64,000 nt of DNA, taken from assembly GCA_963734495.1 (NCBI GenBank), contig CAVTHK010000007.1, positions 128,001-192,000 of the forward strand. Reading direction: 5' to 3'. Positions 16,671-26,927 of this stretch are shown piece by piece (positions within the stretch are counted from its first letter, which is position 1; every line of letters begins with the position of its first letter). The position numbers and the translations under genes were made by a program. Below the pieces are notes generated by a model, which did not search any database, was not told where the DNA came from, and saw nothing but the letters and a program-made list of their open reading frames with translations. Source of the stretch: an uncultured Spirochaetota bacterium. GTDB taxonomy: Bacteria > Spirochaetota > Spirochaetia > SZUA-6 > CAVTHK01.

Positions 16671-19600
16671 ATGTCGCGCTCGTGGCCCGTGCTCATTTTC
16701 CTGTGGTGCGTGGCGACGGCCCCGGCGCAGGAGGCTCCCCCGCCGCTGCCCGAAGAGGCCCCGGAAGCGCTGTTCCAGACCACGATCGGGTCGAGCGACG
16801 TCGAGATGTTCCTGGACGGGTCATGGAGCGCGGCGGCCAGCGGAGTCGTCGGTTTTCTCCTGCGCTCCGGCGAAGGGATCCAGCCGCTCGACGCCTTCCC
16901 CTCCCTGCCCCTCGGCTTCGACTTTACCCAGGTGCCCGAGCTCACCTTCTCAGTGTGGCTGCAGAAGCACTACTTTGTCGAGTTCACCGTCCTCGGCAGC
17001 TTCGAAGACAACGCCTTCCGGGCGGGCTACCAGAGCGACGACGGGCTCCTGCGCAGCCTGGTCGTGGGCAACCGGGACATCGCGATCGATCCCTACCCGT
17101 ACCTGACCGTGCCGGAAACCGGCGACTCCAGCCTCGGCGCCGAGGCCACGCTGGTCTCGGGCGCGAGCCGCCACGAGTTCCTCGTCCGCTTCGACAACAA
17201 CTCCAGCGGCAAGAAAGTGTTCGTGGGGAAGAATGAGGTTGAAGAAGTTCGCATCCCGCTGCCGGCGTACGAGCAGGGCCTTCGGCTGCGGCTGCCGGAT
17301 TCGGGAGTCGACGGCCTGCGGCTGTACCTCGAGGACCCCGACGGCAGCGTCCCCGGCGGCGACGGCAGGCGCTACCGGCTCGCGAGCACCGACGACGCCA
17401 TCGCCGACGCGGTGACGGGCATCATCACGCTGAAGCAGAAGCCCTTCGGCCGCGTGCTGGTCTACTACACCAAGGGCGGGCTCGCGGTGGGCGACCCCGG
17501 CCTCGGTCAGAACGCGATCGCGACCGTGAATGGCGGCTCGACGGGCGCGGTCGATCCCGATGTGCCCCGCCAGTTCTTCTTCGCCGATGCGGCGCCGCTG
17601 TGGCCGGGCGGGCCGCTCGCCTCGAGCCTGCAGGTCTCCATCGAAGGGCGCACGGCGCTGCTGCTGCGCGATCGCGGCGTCTTCTCGCTCTTCGACGTTC
17701 AGGGCTCCTACCTCGTGAGCCAGACGCTGCCGCAGGAGCTGTGGCGGGTGATCGCGAAGGTCGTCGAGCGCGACGGGTACGAGGCGCGGGGCACGCAGCC
17801 CGGCGCGACGCTGCGGGTCGACCCCGACCTCCAGAGGCTGGTACTCACGCTCGCTACGGACGCGAGGGATTTGCGCAATCTCTACCCTCTGCTCGGCGAG
17901 GATGCGACCGGGGCGCGTCTCTACGGCCCGTTCCGCGACGATTCCGCCGGGCTGTACAGCCGCGAGATCCTGCTCCAGATCCTCACGCCGATCACGACGT
18001 ACGTGCTGGAGTCCGACATCCTCGCCGGGTCGGTGTCAGTGACGCGCAACGGGAACCCGGAAACGCGGTTCACCGTCGAAGCCAAGACGGGCGTCATCAC
18101 CTTCGTGTCGCCGATCGGCCCCTCGGACAGGCTGGAGATCACGTACAAGAAGAAGGGCGCCCTGCTCGACAACGGCGACCTCGTCCTCGCCTGGGGCAAC
18201 CGCTTCCCGCTGAGCGACCCCTTCGAGGCCGAGCTGGCCGCCGGCTTCCGCTGGAACGCGCTCCCGGGCGCCTACTCCGAGAAGCCGTTCACCCGCACCG
18301 GCGCGGTCCTGCTCTCGGGCGGCATCCAGGGCAAGCTCGACAACTTCGATCTCGATGTCGAGGCGGCGGTCTCGTACGCGCACCCCGACACGACGGGCCG
18401 GCTGCGTCTGGCCGGCATGGAGGCGAGCGGGCTCGACCTGTCGCTCGACGAGAACCTGGCGCTGCCCGCCTCGCGCGCCCGGCGCGCGGCCGCGAACGAC
18501 GAGACTGGACAACCGCGGCAAGCTCCTCTACAAGGACTACCGCGACTACGGCCTGCTGGGGTCCTTCACCCTTCAGGGCCCGGATTGGAGCATCCCTTCG
18601 AAGCAGGTCTTTCCGTACGAGACCGGCTCGAAGCCAGGCCCGTACAACGTCGCGGGCGGCTCGACCGACGACATCGACAAGAGCCTGGTGCTCGACTTCG
18701 ATCTGCAGGCCGGGCAGTGGGCGGGCTTCGAAATCCCGGTCCTCCCGGGCCAGCCCCTTCCCGATCTGTCGAGCATCGACGCGCTCATCACCGAATACAA
18801 GATGCTCGAGCTCAGCCCAGGCGCCTCCGTCGACGTGGTGGTGCAGATCGGAGACGTCGCCGAAGACGTGGACGGCGACAAGATCCTGGACGAGGAGGCG
18901 TCGGCTTCGTCGACAGGATTCCTGTTCAACGACAGCGGCAACGGCGTGGTCCTTCTCGTCGGCGGCGGTCCCAAGGGCGAGGGCAACGAGCGCAAGGACA
19001 CGGAGGACCTGGACGGCGACCGGTTCCTGCAGACGCTGGACGGGTTGCTGGTTTCGGGTACTGCCGAGACCGCGCTGGGCACTGCGACCGGGTGGAGAAT
19101 CGCGCGCCGGCTCTTCAGCTCCGACGACCGAAAGAACCTGCGCCGGAGCCGGGCCATTCGCGTCTACGTGAGCGCCGGCGCAGCGGCGGCGAAAGGCCGC
19201 CTTCTCATCGACAAGCTCTTCCTCGCGGGCTCGACGTTCGCCGTCACGGCCAGCACGGACGGCACCACCGCCGTGCGCGAGGTGGCGGAAAGGCTCGCCG
19301 CGTTCCCGCCCGCCAAGTCACTCGAGGAAACGTTCAGGGCCGTCGTGAGGGACGTGTTCCACGCGGGCGGCGAGACGCAGGATGTGCTCGAGATCCAGAC
19401 CGGAACCTCGCAGGAGTGGACCGTGCGAGGATTCACCACCACGGGAACGGAAGGCGCGCGCTACGGCGAGGTGGTGCACTACCTGCGGGTTCGGCAGTGG
19501 AACCCGGGAGCGCCCCTCGCATTCGCGCTGCTCGACGACGAGGGCAAGGGGATCCGCTGGAGCTTCACGCCCACGGCGTCCGACGCATGGCACGAGGTGC

Positions 19601-21522
19601 GGGTAGACACGGAGAAGCGGCGCCTCACGATCGACGGCTCCGTTCCGACGGGAGCCAGCGTTACCGTGGATTCGCATCGCTCTCTGGTGCAGTTCCTCAT
19701 TCTGTCGCAGGGCGGAAACGGATCGAACGGCTGGGTCTACGTCGACGAGCTGCACATGGCGTCGCCGATCGGGAGCATCGGCGCGGCCGTCGGCGTCGAC
19801 ACGGAGCTGCGCGTCCCCGGGCCGCTCGTACGCGTCGGCGGAGTGCCGGTGGTCTCCGACCTGCGGGTGCGCGAGATCGCCAGCACCGTCACTCCCGGAT
19901 TCTCGCCGCTGTACGGCCGGCCGACGCCAGCCTGGGGCGGCTCCTCGCGGACGGAGCTGGGGATGGCGCTGCCGGCGAGCCAGCTCGACACGCATTTCGT
20001 GGTCGATTGGACCGACGCGGAGGCGACCATCGGCGGCGGACACACCCTGCAGACGATCGTGGGCCCCGTCTCGGTCCTGGACCGCTTCGACCTGAGGGCT
20101 CCCGGCCCTTCCGCGGCATTCGACCGGGAGAGCCGCGTCCGCGTGGCTCCCGTGCCCGGGACCGCGTTCGACGCGGGCGCGCTGGCCGCCACGAGCGAGG
20201 ACCGCCTGACGCAGACCTGGACCGGGACGATCACCTCGGCCGCCGGCCGTGCCCGCGGGAGCCTCGTGACCGATCTCGGGCTCTCGACCCTCGACTACGT
20301 GCACCGCGAGCGCGGCTACTTCGACTCCTGGGTCCTGGGCTACCGCCTGTATGCGCCCGTGACCGCGCCGCTGCTCGAGCGCACGTCGCGCGCCGCTTTG
20401 GAGCTGGCGCTCGAGCCCATGCCGGTCGGGCTCACGCTGCAGCTCACGCCCTCGACGCGGAGCGTCCCTTTGGGCGACGGGCGCGAGCAGCGCGACGGGC
20501 TCACGGCGCGCCTGGCGGCCCCGATGGCCCTCGACGACAGGGGCACCATCCTCACGGCGTCCTATCAGCGCGAGATGGAGATCACAGCCACTCAGACCCG
20601 AGTGGGCGGCTTCGACGCGGACTGGACCGAGTTCGCCGCGGACCTCGCGGCCCAGAGCTACTTGACCTCGGGCATTCCTCTCTGGGAGCTGTACGCGAGC
20701 GACGAGGACTTCCAGGAGGCATCAGCGGACGCGACGTCGGCGCTGTACAAGCCTCAGGTCCAGCTCGAGCTCGAGCGCAGGCCCGGCTCGCGCATCGCCC
20801 ATCTCTTCATCCCGACCAGGCTGGACGCCAGCGTGGCGAGGGACCTCGAGAAGGAAGGCGCGCTCTTCTCGTCGCTGTACGTCTACTCCATCGCGTACCA
20901 GACCAATGCGATCAACCTTTTCGGCCGCCTGGGAGCCTACCCGACCTTTTCCTTCTACGACCTGGACGAGATCTCCAACAGCATCAGCCTCGCCCTCAGC
21001 TACGACCGGAACGAGACCCTGCAGAGCGGCGACATCCGCCTCGACTCGCTCGTCGGGCTGGAAGGCGGCGCAGGCAACCAGTTCACGGTTTCGAACCGGC
21101 TCTCCATCACAGGCACCACCTTCGACAACGTCGAGAACACTACCTCCGCGAGCTACACGTGGTTCGTGCGGCCGGAGGGCGGCGTGCCGCTGCCGCTTCT
21201 CGGAAAGGACATCACGCGCGAGGCATTCTACGCCCACGACGAGTCCCTGGAGCTGACCACGACGTGGGGCTCCAGGCCCGCGACGGGACTCGTGCGCCAC
21301 CGTACCGAGATCCGGATCCCGGGACACGGCTACATCGCGGCCACGGCGGCCCTCGGCGTCGACTTCGAGAAGTTCCGCGCCGCGAGCGGATACGGCTACG
21401 ACCGGGTGACCCGCTTCGCCGCGCAGGGCGGCATCGAGGCTCTGATCCGCTTCGGCTCCGGGGAGCCGAGGCGCGAACGCGAGCCCGCGCCGCGACGCGC
21501 GCAGGAGGGTCGTCCCCCGTAG
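16671..21522 (+). CDS. Large (~1600 aa) outer-membrane protein resembling T9SS translocon SprA/Sov; indel near 18470-18500
   Basis: Signal peptide; the frame of ORF 15666 continues in the frame of ORF 18355; motifs FDFTQ, LVVGN, GSVSVTRNG, NRGKLLY, GPYN, QIGDVAEDVDGD, DTEDLDGD; amphipathic beta-strands at the C-terminus. Confidence 0.7.
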
Positions 21523-21590
21523 CGCGCCCGCGCGGTCTGGAAGTGCGAGGCAATGGGTCTATATTCTGATTAGCTTCCCCGGAGGTGTTC

Positions 21591-22934
21591 ATGAGCAGGA
21601 TTTTCCTCGCGCTCGCCTTCGCGATTGTCGTGTGCCTGGCTCCGGCGGCGGCGCAGGAGCAGGGCGGAGGGCTCAACTTCGCGCTGGGCCTCGGCCTCGG
21701 CGTCGAGACGTTCGGAGACGAGACCTGGCAGAAGATCTCTCTGACACCCGACCTGGCTTTCGGCAAGTTCGGCATCGGCATCGACGTGACCGTCCACTAC
21801 CGCTTCCAGAACAGCGAGTTCACGGTCCTGGCCGATGACTGGGCCCCCGATCCGTTCACTTTCCAGGAGACGCTCAGCCTCTATCTCGCGAAGTTCCGCT
21901 ACGTGCGCTACGGCCTCAAAGGCGATCCCCTCTTCGTCAAGCTGGGCTCGATCGACGACGCGACCCTCGGCAACGGCTTCATCATGGGCAACTACGCGAA
22001 CACGCTGTTTCTCCCCGAGCGGCGCGTGTTCGGGCTGAGCCTCGACGTCGACGGGCGGCTGTTCAGCTTTCCCTACGTGGGCATGGAGACCTTCGTGGGC
22101 GATCTTTCGGCGTTCGACGTCATGGCGGCGCGCCTCTACGTGAGGCCGCTCGCCGGAACGCAGATCCCGGTGCTTCGCGACCTGCAGCTGGGGACCACGT
22201 TCGCCGCGGACTTCGATCCCTACCGCTACTCGAGCTCCGTCGAGGAGGCCGCGGCGCAGCTGGCCGGGATCGACACGAGCGACGCGAGGATCTACGTGGC
22301 CGGGGTCGACTTCCGCCAGCCGCTCCTCGACTCCGCCGCGTTCAGCCTCGCCGTTTTCGGCGACGCCGTCACGCAGCGGATGGACGCGTACGGCGGGATG
22401 CTCGGCGTGGGCGGGCGCGTCATCAAGATCTTCACGTACGGGGCGCAGATCCGCTTTATCGGCGACAACTTCGTTCCCGTCTACTTCGACTCCGTCTATG
22501 ACATCACGCGCGCCCAGCGCTATGCCCTCACCGAAGGCGCGATGAGCACCCCCGGCTTCGTCGGTTGGTTCGCATCGATCGGGACGAGCCTTCTCAACGA
22601 CAGCATCGTGTTCAATGTCAGCCTCGACGGCCCGTTCGGCGAGGTCGACCCGAACAACGACGCGAGCTACCTGAACTCCAAGCACCTGACGGGGATGTTC
22701 GCCGTGGCCGAGGGCCTCCTGCCGGGCTTTTTCTTCGACGCGTCGTACGACAAGCTGCTGATCGACACCTGGAGCGACGTCTTCGAGTCGAACGGCGCGA
22801 CCGCCAAAGCGCGGGTGAACTACCGCTCCGGCCCCGCCGTGATCTCCTTCTTCTACCTGCTCAAGTACAACTCCAACGACTGGAACGACCCGGAAGTGAG
22901 CTCGGGGCTCGAGACCCTCGTTCAGCTCAAGTAA
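21591..22934 (+). CDS. Putative beta-barrel outer-membrane protein
   Basis: Signal peptide (AAA/QE), alternating hydrophobic strands, paralogous to the C-terminal part of the next gene; GGAGG RBS. Confidence 0.7.
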   Translation: MSRIFLALAFAIVVCLAPAAAQEQGGGLNFALGLGLGVETFGDETWQKISLTPDLAFGKFGIGIDVTVHYRFQNSEFTVLADDWAPDPFTFQETLSLYLAKFRYVRYGLKGDPLFVKLGSIDDATLGNGFIMGNYANTLFLPERRVFGLSLDVDGRLFSFPYVGMETFVGDLSAFDVMAARLYVRPLAGTQIPVLRDLQLGTTFAADFDPYRYSSSVEEAAAQLAGIDTSDARIYVAGVDFRQPLLDSAAFSLAVFGDAVTQRMDAYGGMLGVGGRVIKIFTYGAQIRFIGDNFVPVYFDSVYDITRAQRYALTEGAMSTPGFVGWFASIGTSLLNDSIVFNVSLDGPFGEVDPNNDASYLNSKHLTGMFAVAEGLLPGFFFDASYDKLLIDTWSDVFESNGATAKARVNYRSGPAVISFFYLLKYNSNDWNDPEVSSGLETLVQLK

Positions 22935-22947
22935 GGGAGGCACGACC

Positions 22948-25116
22948 GTGAAGCTGTCGCGAATGTCGATCGTACTGGTCCTCGCCCTTGCCGCGTCTGC
23001 CGCCTTTGCACAGAACCGCGTGGTCCTCTCGTTCTTCGAGGACAAGAGCGGCGAGCTGCGCATCGTCGGCCCCAAAGGCGAGCAGGAAAAGAGCTCCGGG
23101 CAGCTGTCGTTCGGCGACGAGGTGCCCGTGGGATGGACCGTCGTCACCGGCAAGGACGACAGCGTCGAGCTCACCATGCCGGGCAACGGAACCATCGTCA
23201 AGCTCGCCGAGAACACCAACTTCAAGATCGAAGCCCTGCAGGGCAGCGGCGGCGCGACGAGCAACGACTTTGCCCTCGGCTTCGGCAAGCTCCGCGCCGT
23301 GGCCGCGCGCACGAAGAGCGACAGGTACAACGTGCGCGGGCAGACGACGGTCTGCGGCGTGCGCGGGACCGACTTCGGCATGAGCATCGAGGTGGGCATC
23401 GAGCAAGCCTTCGTCTTCAAGGGCGCCGTCGACTTCAAGAAGCTCGCCGGGGGCCCTTCGCTCGTGATCAACGCGGGCGAGTTCGCCAACGCCCTCGCCG
23501 CCTCGTTCGCGGCCGCCCGCATGAGCTCGGCGCAGGCCGCCGCGCTCGAGAGCCAGCTCAGGTTCACGAAGCTCGACCCGGCCTCGGTGCCCCAGGTCGC
23601 GGCTGCGGAGACTCCCGTCCAGCCGGCGCCCGAGATGCCGCCCAAGCCCGAAAGCAAGCCGGCCCAGGGCGGCTTTATCGACACGCTGCTCGGGGCGCTG
23701 GGAATCGAGATCGGGTCGCTGACCATCGGCGACCAGACCTACGCCAAGGCCGTCATCTCGCCCACGATCTCACTGAACAAGCTCAAGATGCAGCTCTACC
23801 TGCCCGTCATCTACCAGGACGACCTGTTCAACCCCAACAAGTGGTACAAACCCCGCGGGAACGACGAGTGGTCGTTCGGCATCGACCAGGGGAACGACTG
23901 GGCGGACATTGCGGGAGATTTCTTCGGCGACCTCGCGCTCAAGTTCAAGTACCTTCAGTATGGGGACCAGCGCGATCCCTTCTTCTTCAAGATCGGGAAC
24001 CTCAACACGTTCACGGTCGGCCACGGCCTGATCATGCGCAACTACGCCAACGACGCGGAGTTCCCGGCGGTCCGGCGCGTCGGTCTCAACGTCGGCGCGG
24101 ACTTCAGGACGGTCGGCTTCGAGGCCATCGTGAACGACCTGGCCGACATCCAGATCGCGGGAGCCCGCCTGTATCTCCGGCCGGCGCCCGGCACGTTCCC
24201 CCTGGCGTTCGGCGTGAGCGGCATCGTGGATCTCTACCCCGCGCGCGGCCTCGGGGAGTCGCCCGCCGTCCCCGGCAGCGACTGGAAGGACGTCATTGGC
24301 GACCCGATGCTGATCAACGCCGGCCTCGACCTCGAGTACGCGCTCATCGAGCGCGACATGCTCTCGGTCGTGCTGTTCGGCGACATCGCCGGCCTGATGC
24401 CCTACTACCGCAAGGACGGCGTGGGGCCCTACGCGGGGATCAGCGAGGGCCTGGCAACCGACACCCTGATCGTCGACGGAAAGCTCCGCAACTACGGCTG
24501 GATCGCGGGAGCTCTCGGCAACGTGGGGCCTCTCGACTGGCGCGGGGAATACCGCTACTACACCGGCGCTTTCGTGCCGGAGATCTTCAACAATATCTAT
24601 GACAAGGAGCGCGGCCGCTACGCCCAGAACATCGCGCTGTACTCGACCGACCCGGCCGCAGACCAGTTCGACGCGCTGACCATGGGCATCTACGGAGAGG
24701 CTGGCTGGACCTGGGAGAAAGTCTTCTCGTTCAGCGCGGGCTACTTCTGGCCCTTCACGGTCGACGGGGGGAGCTGGAAGCCCGCCGAGATGGACTACCT
24801 CCACATGCAGGCCAGGCTCGAGCGCGGCGTCATACCGTTCGTCAACGTCGCAGCCGCGATCGCGTACGACCGCTACTACTTCGTCCCGATGCTGCTGAGC
24901 GGCAGGGGAAGCGACGGGAACACCTACCGCCTGTTCGACGCCAACACGGTCGTCACGAGCACGCTGTGGTACGGCATCAGCAAGACGGTCGACCTGGTGT
25001 TCATCGCCACGACCTCCCTGGCGCGCGACGCGTACGGCAACATCCTCTACCAGGACGACGGCACGACGCCGGAACTGGCCACTACCATCAGCATCGAGAC
25101 CCAGATACATTACTAG
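22948..25116 (+). CDS. FecR-domain protein fused to a putative beta-barrel domain
   Basis: FecR motif VKLAENTNF...TTVCGVRGTDF...VFKGAV; Pro-rich linker; C-terminal aromatic beta-signal TISIETQIHY. Confidence 0.75.
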   Translation: MKLSRMSIVLVLALAASAAFAQNRVVLSFFEDKSGELRIVGPKGEQEKSSGQLSFGDEVPVGWTVVTGKDDSVELTMPGNGTIVKLAENTNFKIEALQGSGGATSNDFALGFGKLRAVAARTKSDRYNVRGQTTVCGVRGTDFGMSIEVGIEQAFVFKGAVDFKKLAGGPSLVINAGEFANALAASFAAARMSSAQAAALESQLRFTKLDPASVPQVAAAETPVQPAPEMPPKPESKPAQGGFIDTLLGALGIEIGSLTIGDQTYAKAVISPTISLNKLKMQLYLPVIYQDDLFNPNKWYKPRGNDEWSFGIDQGNDWADIAGDFFGDLALKFKYLQYGDQRDPFFFKIGNLNTFTVGHGLIMRNYANDAEFPAVRRVGLNVGADFRTVGFEAIVNDLADIQIAGARLYLRPAPGTFPLAFGVSGIVDLYPARGLGESPAVPGSDWKDVIGDPMLINAGLDLEYALIERDMLSVVLFGDIAGLMPYYRKDGVGPYAGISEGLATDTLIVDGKLRNYGWIAGALGNVGPLDWRGEYRYYTGAFVPEIFNNIYDKERGRYAQNIALYSTDPAADQFDALTMGIYGEAGWTWEKVFSFSAGYFWPFTVDGGSWKPAEMDYLHMQARLERGVIPFVNVAAAIAYDRYYFVPMLLSGRGSDGNTYRLFDANTVVTSTLWYGISKTVDLVFIATTSLARDAYGNILYQDDGTTPELATTISIETQIHY

Positions 25117-25118
25117 GC

Positions 25119-26894
25119 ATGACTGACGGAGGAAAGGGAGCGCCCGAGGGGCGCTCCCCGGCTCCGCAGCGCCGCGTCCGTCCGCTCCGGGAGGAGGTGG
25201 CGCGCAAGATCGCAGCCGGCGAGGTGATCGACCGGCCGTATGCGGTCGTGCGGGAGCTGCTGGACAACTCGCTGGACGCGGGCGCGCGGGAGATCACGCT
25301 GCGCCTCGACGAAGGTGGTTTGTCGCGCATCGAGGTCGCGGACGACGGCGAGGGGATCGCTCCCGACGACCTCGAAGTGTGCGGCCTGCCCCACTCCACT
25401 TCCAAGATCTCCGAAGAAGAGGACCTCTATCACATCTCCTCCCTGGGGTTCCGGGGCGAGGCGCTCGCGAGCATCGCCGCCTGCGCGCGGCTGGAGCTCA
25501 CGAGCCGGACGGCGGGCGAGGCATCGGCGCGGAGGCTCCTCGTCGACGGCGGCCGCAGGAGGCCGCTGGAGCCCTGCCCCGGCCGGCAGGGCACCCACGT
25601 GGGCGTGTCCGACCTCTTCTTCAACATGCCCGCCCGCCGCAAGTTCCTCAAGGCCGCCTCGGCCGAAAGCGCGCTCTGCCGCACGGTGTTCGAGGAGCGC
25701 GCCCTCGCCTTTCCCGCGACAGCCTTCCGCCTGTTCCTCTCGGGAGAGCTCAAGGCGTTCTTTCCGGCCGCCACGGCGCTGGAGCGCGCGCGCGCGGTTC
25801 TCGGGCGCTCGATCGACGACGCGTCCCTGCTTGACGAGATCGAGGCGCGGGGCGACTCCTTCTCGCTGCGCATCGTCCTCGCGAGGCCCGAGGCGGCGAG
25901 GCGCGACCGAAGGCTCCTGCAGGTCTTTGTCAACCGCCGCCGCATCCAGGAGTTCGCGCTCGTCCAGGCGGTGGAGTACGGCTACGAGGGGTACGTGCCG
26001 GGCGGTCTTCACCCGGTGGCTCTCGTCTTTGCGCAGATCGCGCCCGAGCTCGTCGATTTCAACGTTCACCCGGCCAAGCGCGAGGCGCGCATCCGGATCC
26101 TGCCGGAGATCCACAAGGCGGTCGCCGCGGCGATCAAGGCACACCTGCCCCGCTACGCGCTGCGGGCGCCCGAGAGAGCGGCGCGGCCTTTCGAGCCCGA
26201 GGGCGAGCGCTGGCTGCCGCTGGCCCCCGGCGCGGCCGCGCCGCCGGCTGCCGCGCGCGCGCGTTTCGTCGAAGAGGTCCTGTCGCGCCAGGCCGGCGAG
26301 GCGGCCGCCGGCGCCCCCGCGGCCGCGCCGCCCGTGCCGGGCGAGGTCCCGCCGCCCCGGTATCTCGGGCAGGTCTTCGGGTTGTTCCTGATCGTCGAGT
26401 GGGGCCAGACGGTCTACCTCATCGATCAGCACGCGGCTCACGAGCGCATCCTCATGGACGAGATGCTCGCCCGCGAGAAGCGCAGGCAGGAGCTTCTGCT
26501 GCCGATCTCCTTTGAGGCTTCCGCCGACGAGGCCCGCAGCCTCGCCGAGCGCGCCCCGCTGCTCGAGCGGCTCGGGATCGCGGTCGAGCGCAGCGGCGCG
26601 GGCACCTGGGAGGTGACCGGGCTGCCGCCGGAGTTCGAGGCGGTCGAGGCGGGCGACCTCGTGCGGTTTCTCAAGAGCTTCGAGCGGTCCCCCGAAGTGC
26701 TCGAGCGCGAGATCCACAGCCTCGCGGCCTGCCGCATGGCGCTCAAGGACGGCGACGCGGTGGACGCGGTTACGGCGGCGGAGCTGGCGCGCGCGGCGCT
26801 GGCCCTGCCCGACGCCCGTTGCCCGCACGGCAGGCCCATCTGGTTCGCCCTGAAAAGGAGCGAGCTGTTCCGCCTCGTCGGGCGAGTGATCTGA
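25119..26894 (+). CDS. mutL: DNA mismatch repair endonuclease MutL
   Basis: KIAAGEVIDRP, GFRGEALASI, VDFNVHPAKRE, DQHAAHER, ACR, CPHGRP. Confidence 0.96.
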   Translation: MTDGGKGAPEGRSPAPQRRVRPLREEVARKIAAGEVIDRPYAVVRELLDNSLDAGAREITLRLDEGGLSRIEVADDGEGIAPDDLEVCGLPHSTSKISEEEDLYHISSLGFRGEALASIAACARLELTSRTAGEASARRLLVDGGRRRPLEPCPGRQGTHVGVSDLFFNMPARRKFLKAASAESALCRTVFEERALAFPATAFRLFLSGELKAFFPAATALERARAVLGRSIDDASLLDEIEARGDSFSLRIVLARPEAARRDRRLLQVFVNRRRIQEFALVQAVEYGYEGYVPGGLHPVALVFAQIAPELVDFNVHPAKREARIRILPEIHKAVAAAIKAHLPRYALRAPERAARPFEPEGERWLPLAPGAAAPPAAARARFVEEVLSRQAGEAAAGAPAAAPPVPGEVPPPRYLGQVFGLFLIVEWGQTVYLIDQHAAHERILMDEMLAREKRRQELLLPISFEASADEARSLAERAPLLERLGIAVERSGAGTWEVTGLPPEFEAVEAGDLVRFLKSFERSPEVLEREIHSLAACRMALKDGDAVDAVTAAELARAALALPDARCPHGRPIWFALKRSELFRLVGRVI

Positions 26895-26927
26895 ATCGGG
26901 CCTGCCCGGTGAACGCGCGGGCTCGGG

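Noticed and set aside
15666-21569. 1967-aa ORF as one protein
   Set aside because: The first 335 codons are antisense to rpmB, the repeat and DUF503, and the part after ~18490 is out of frame; the real gene is 16671-21522.
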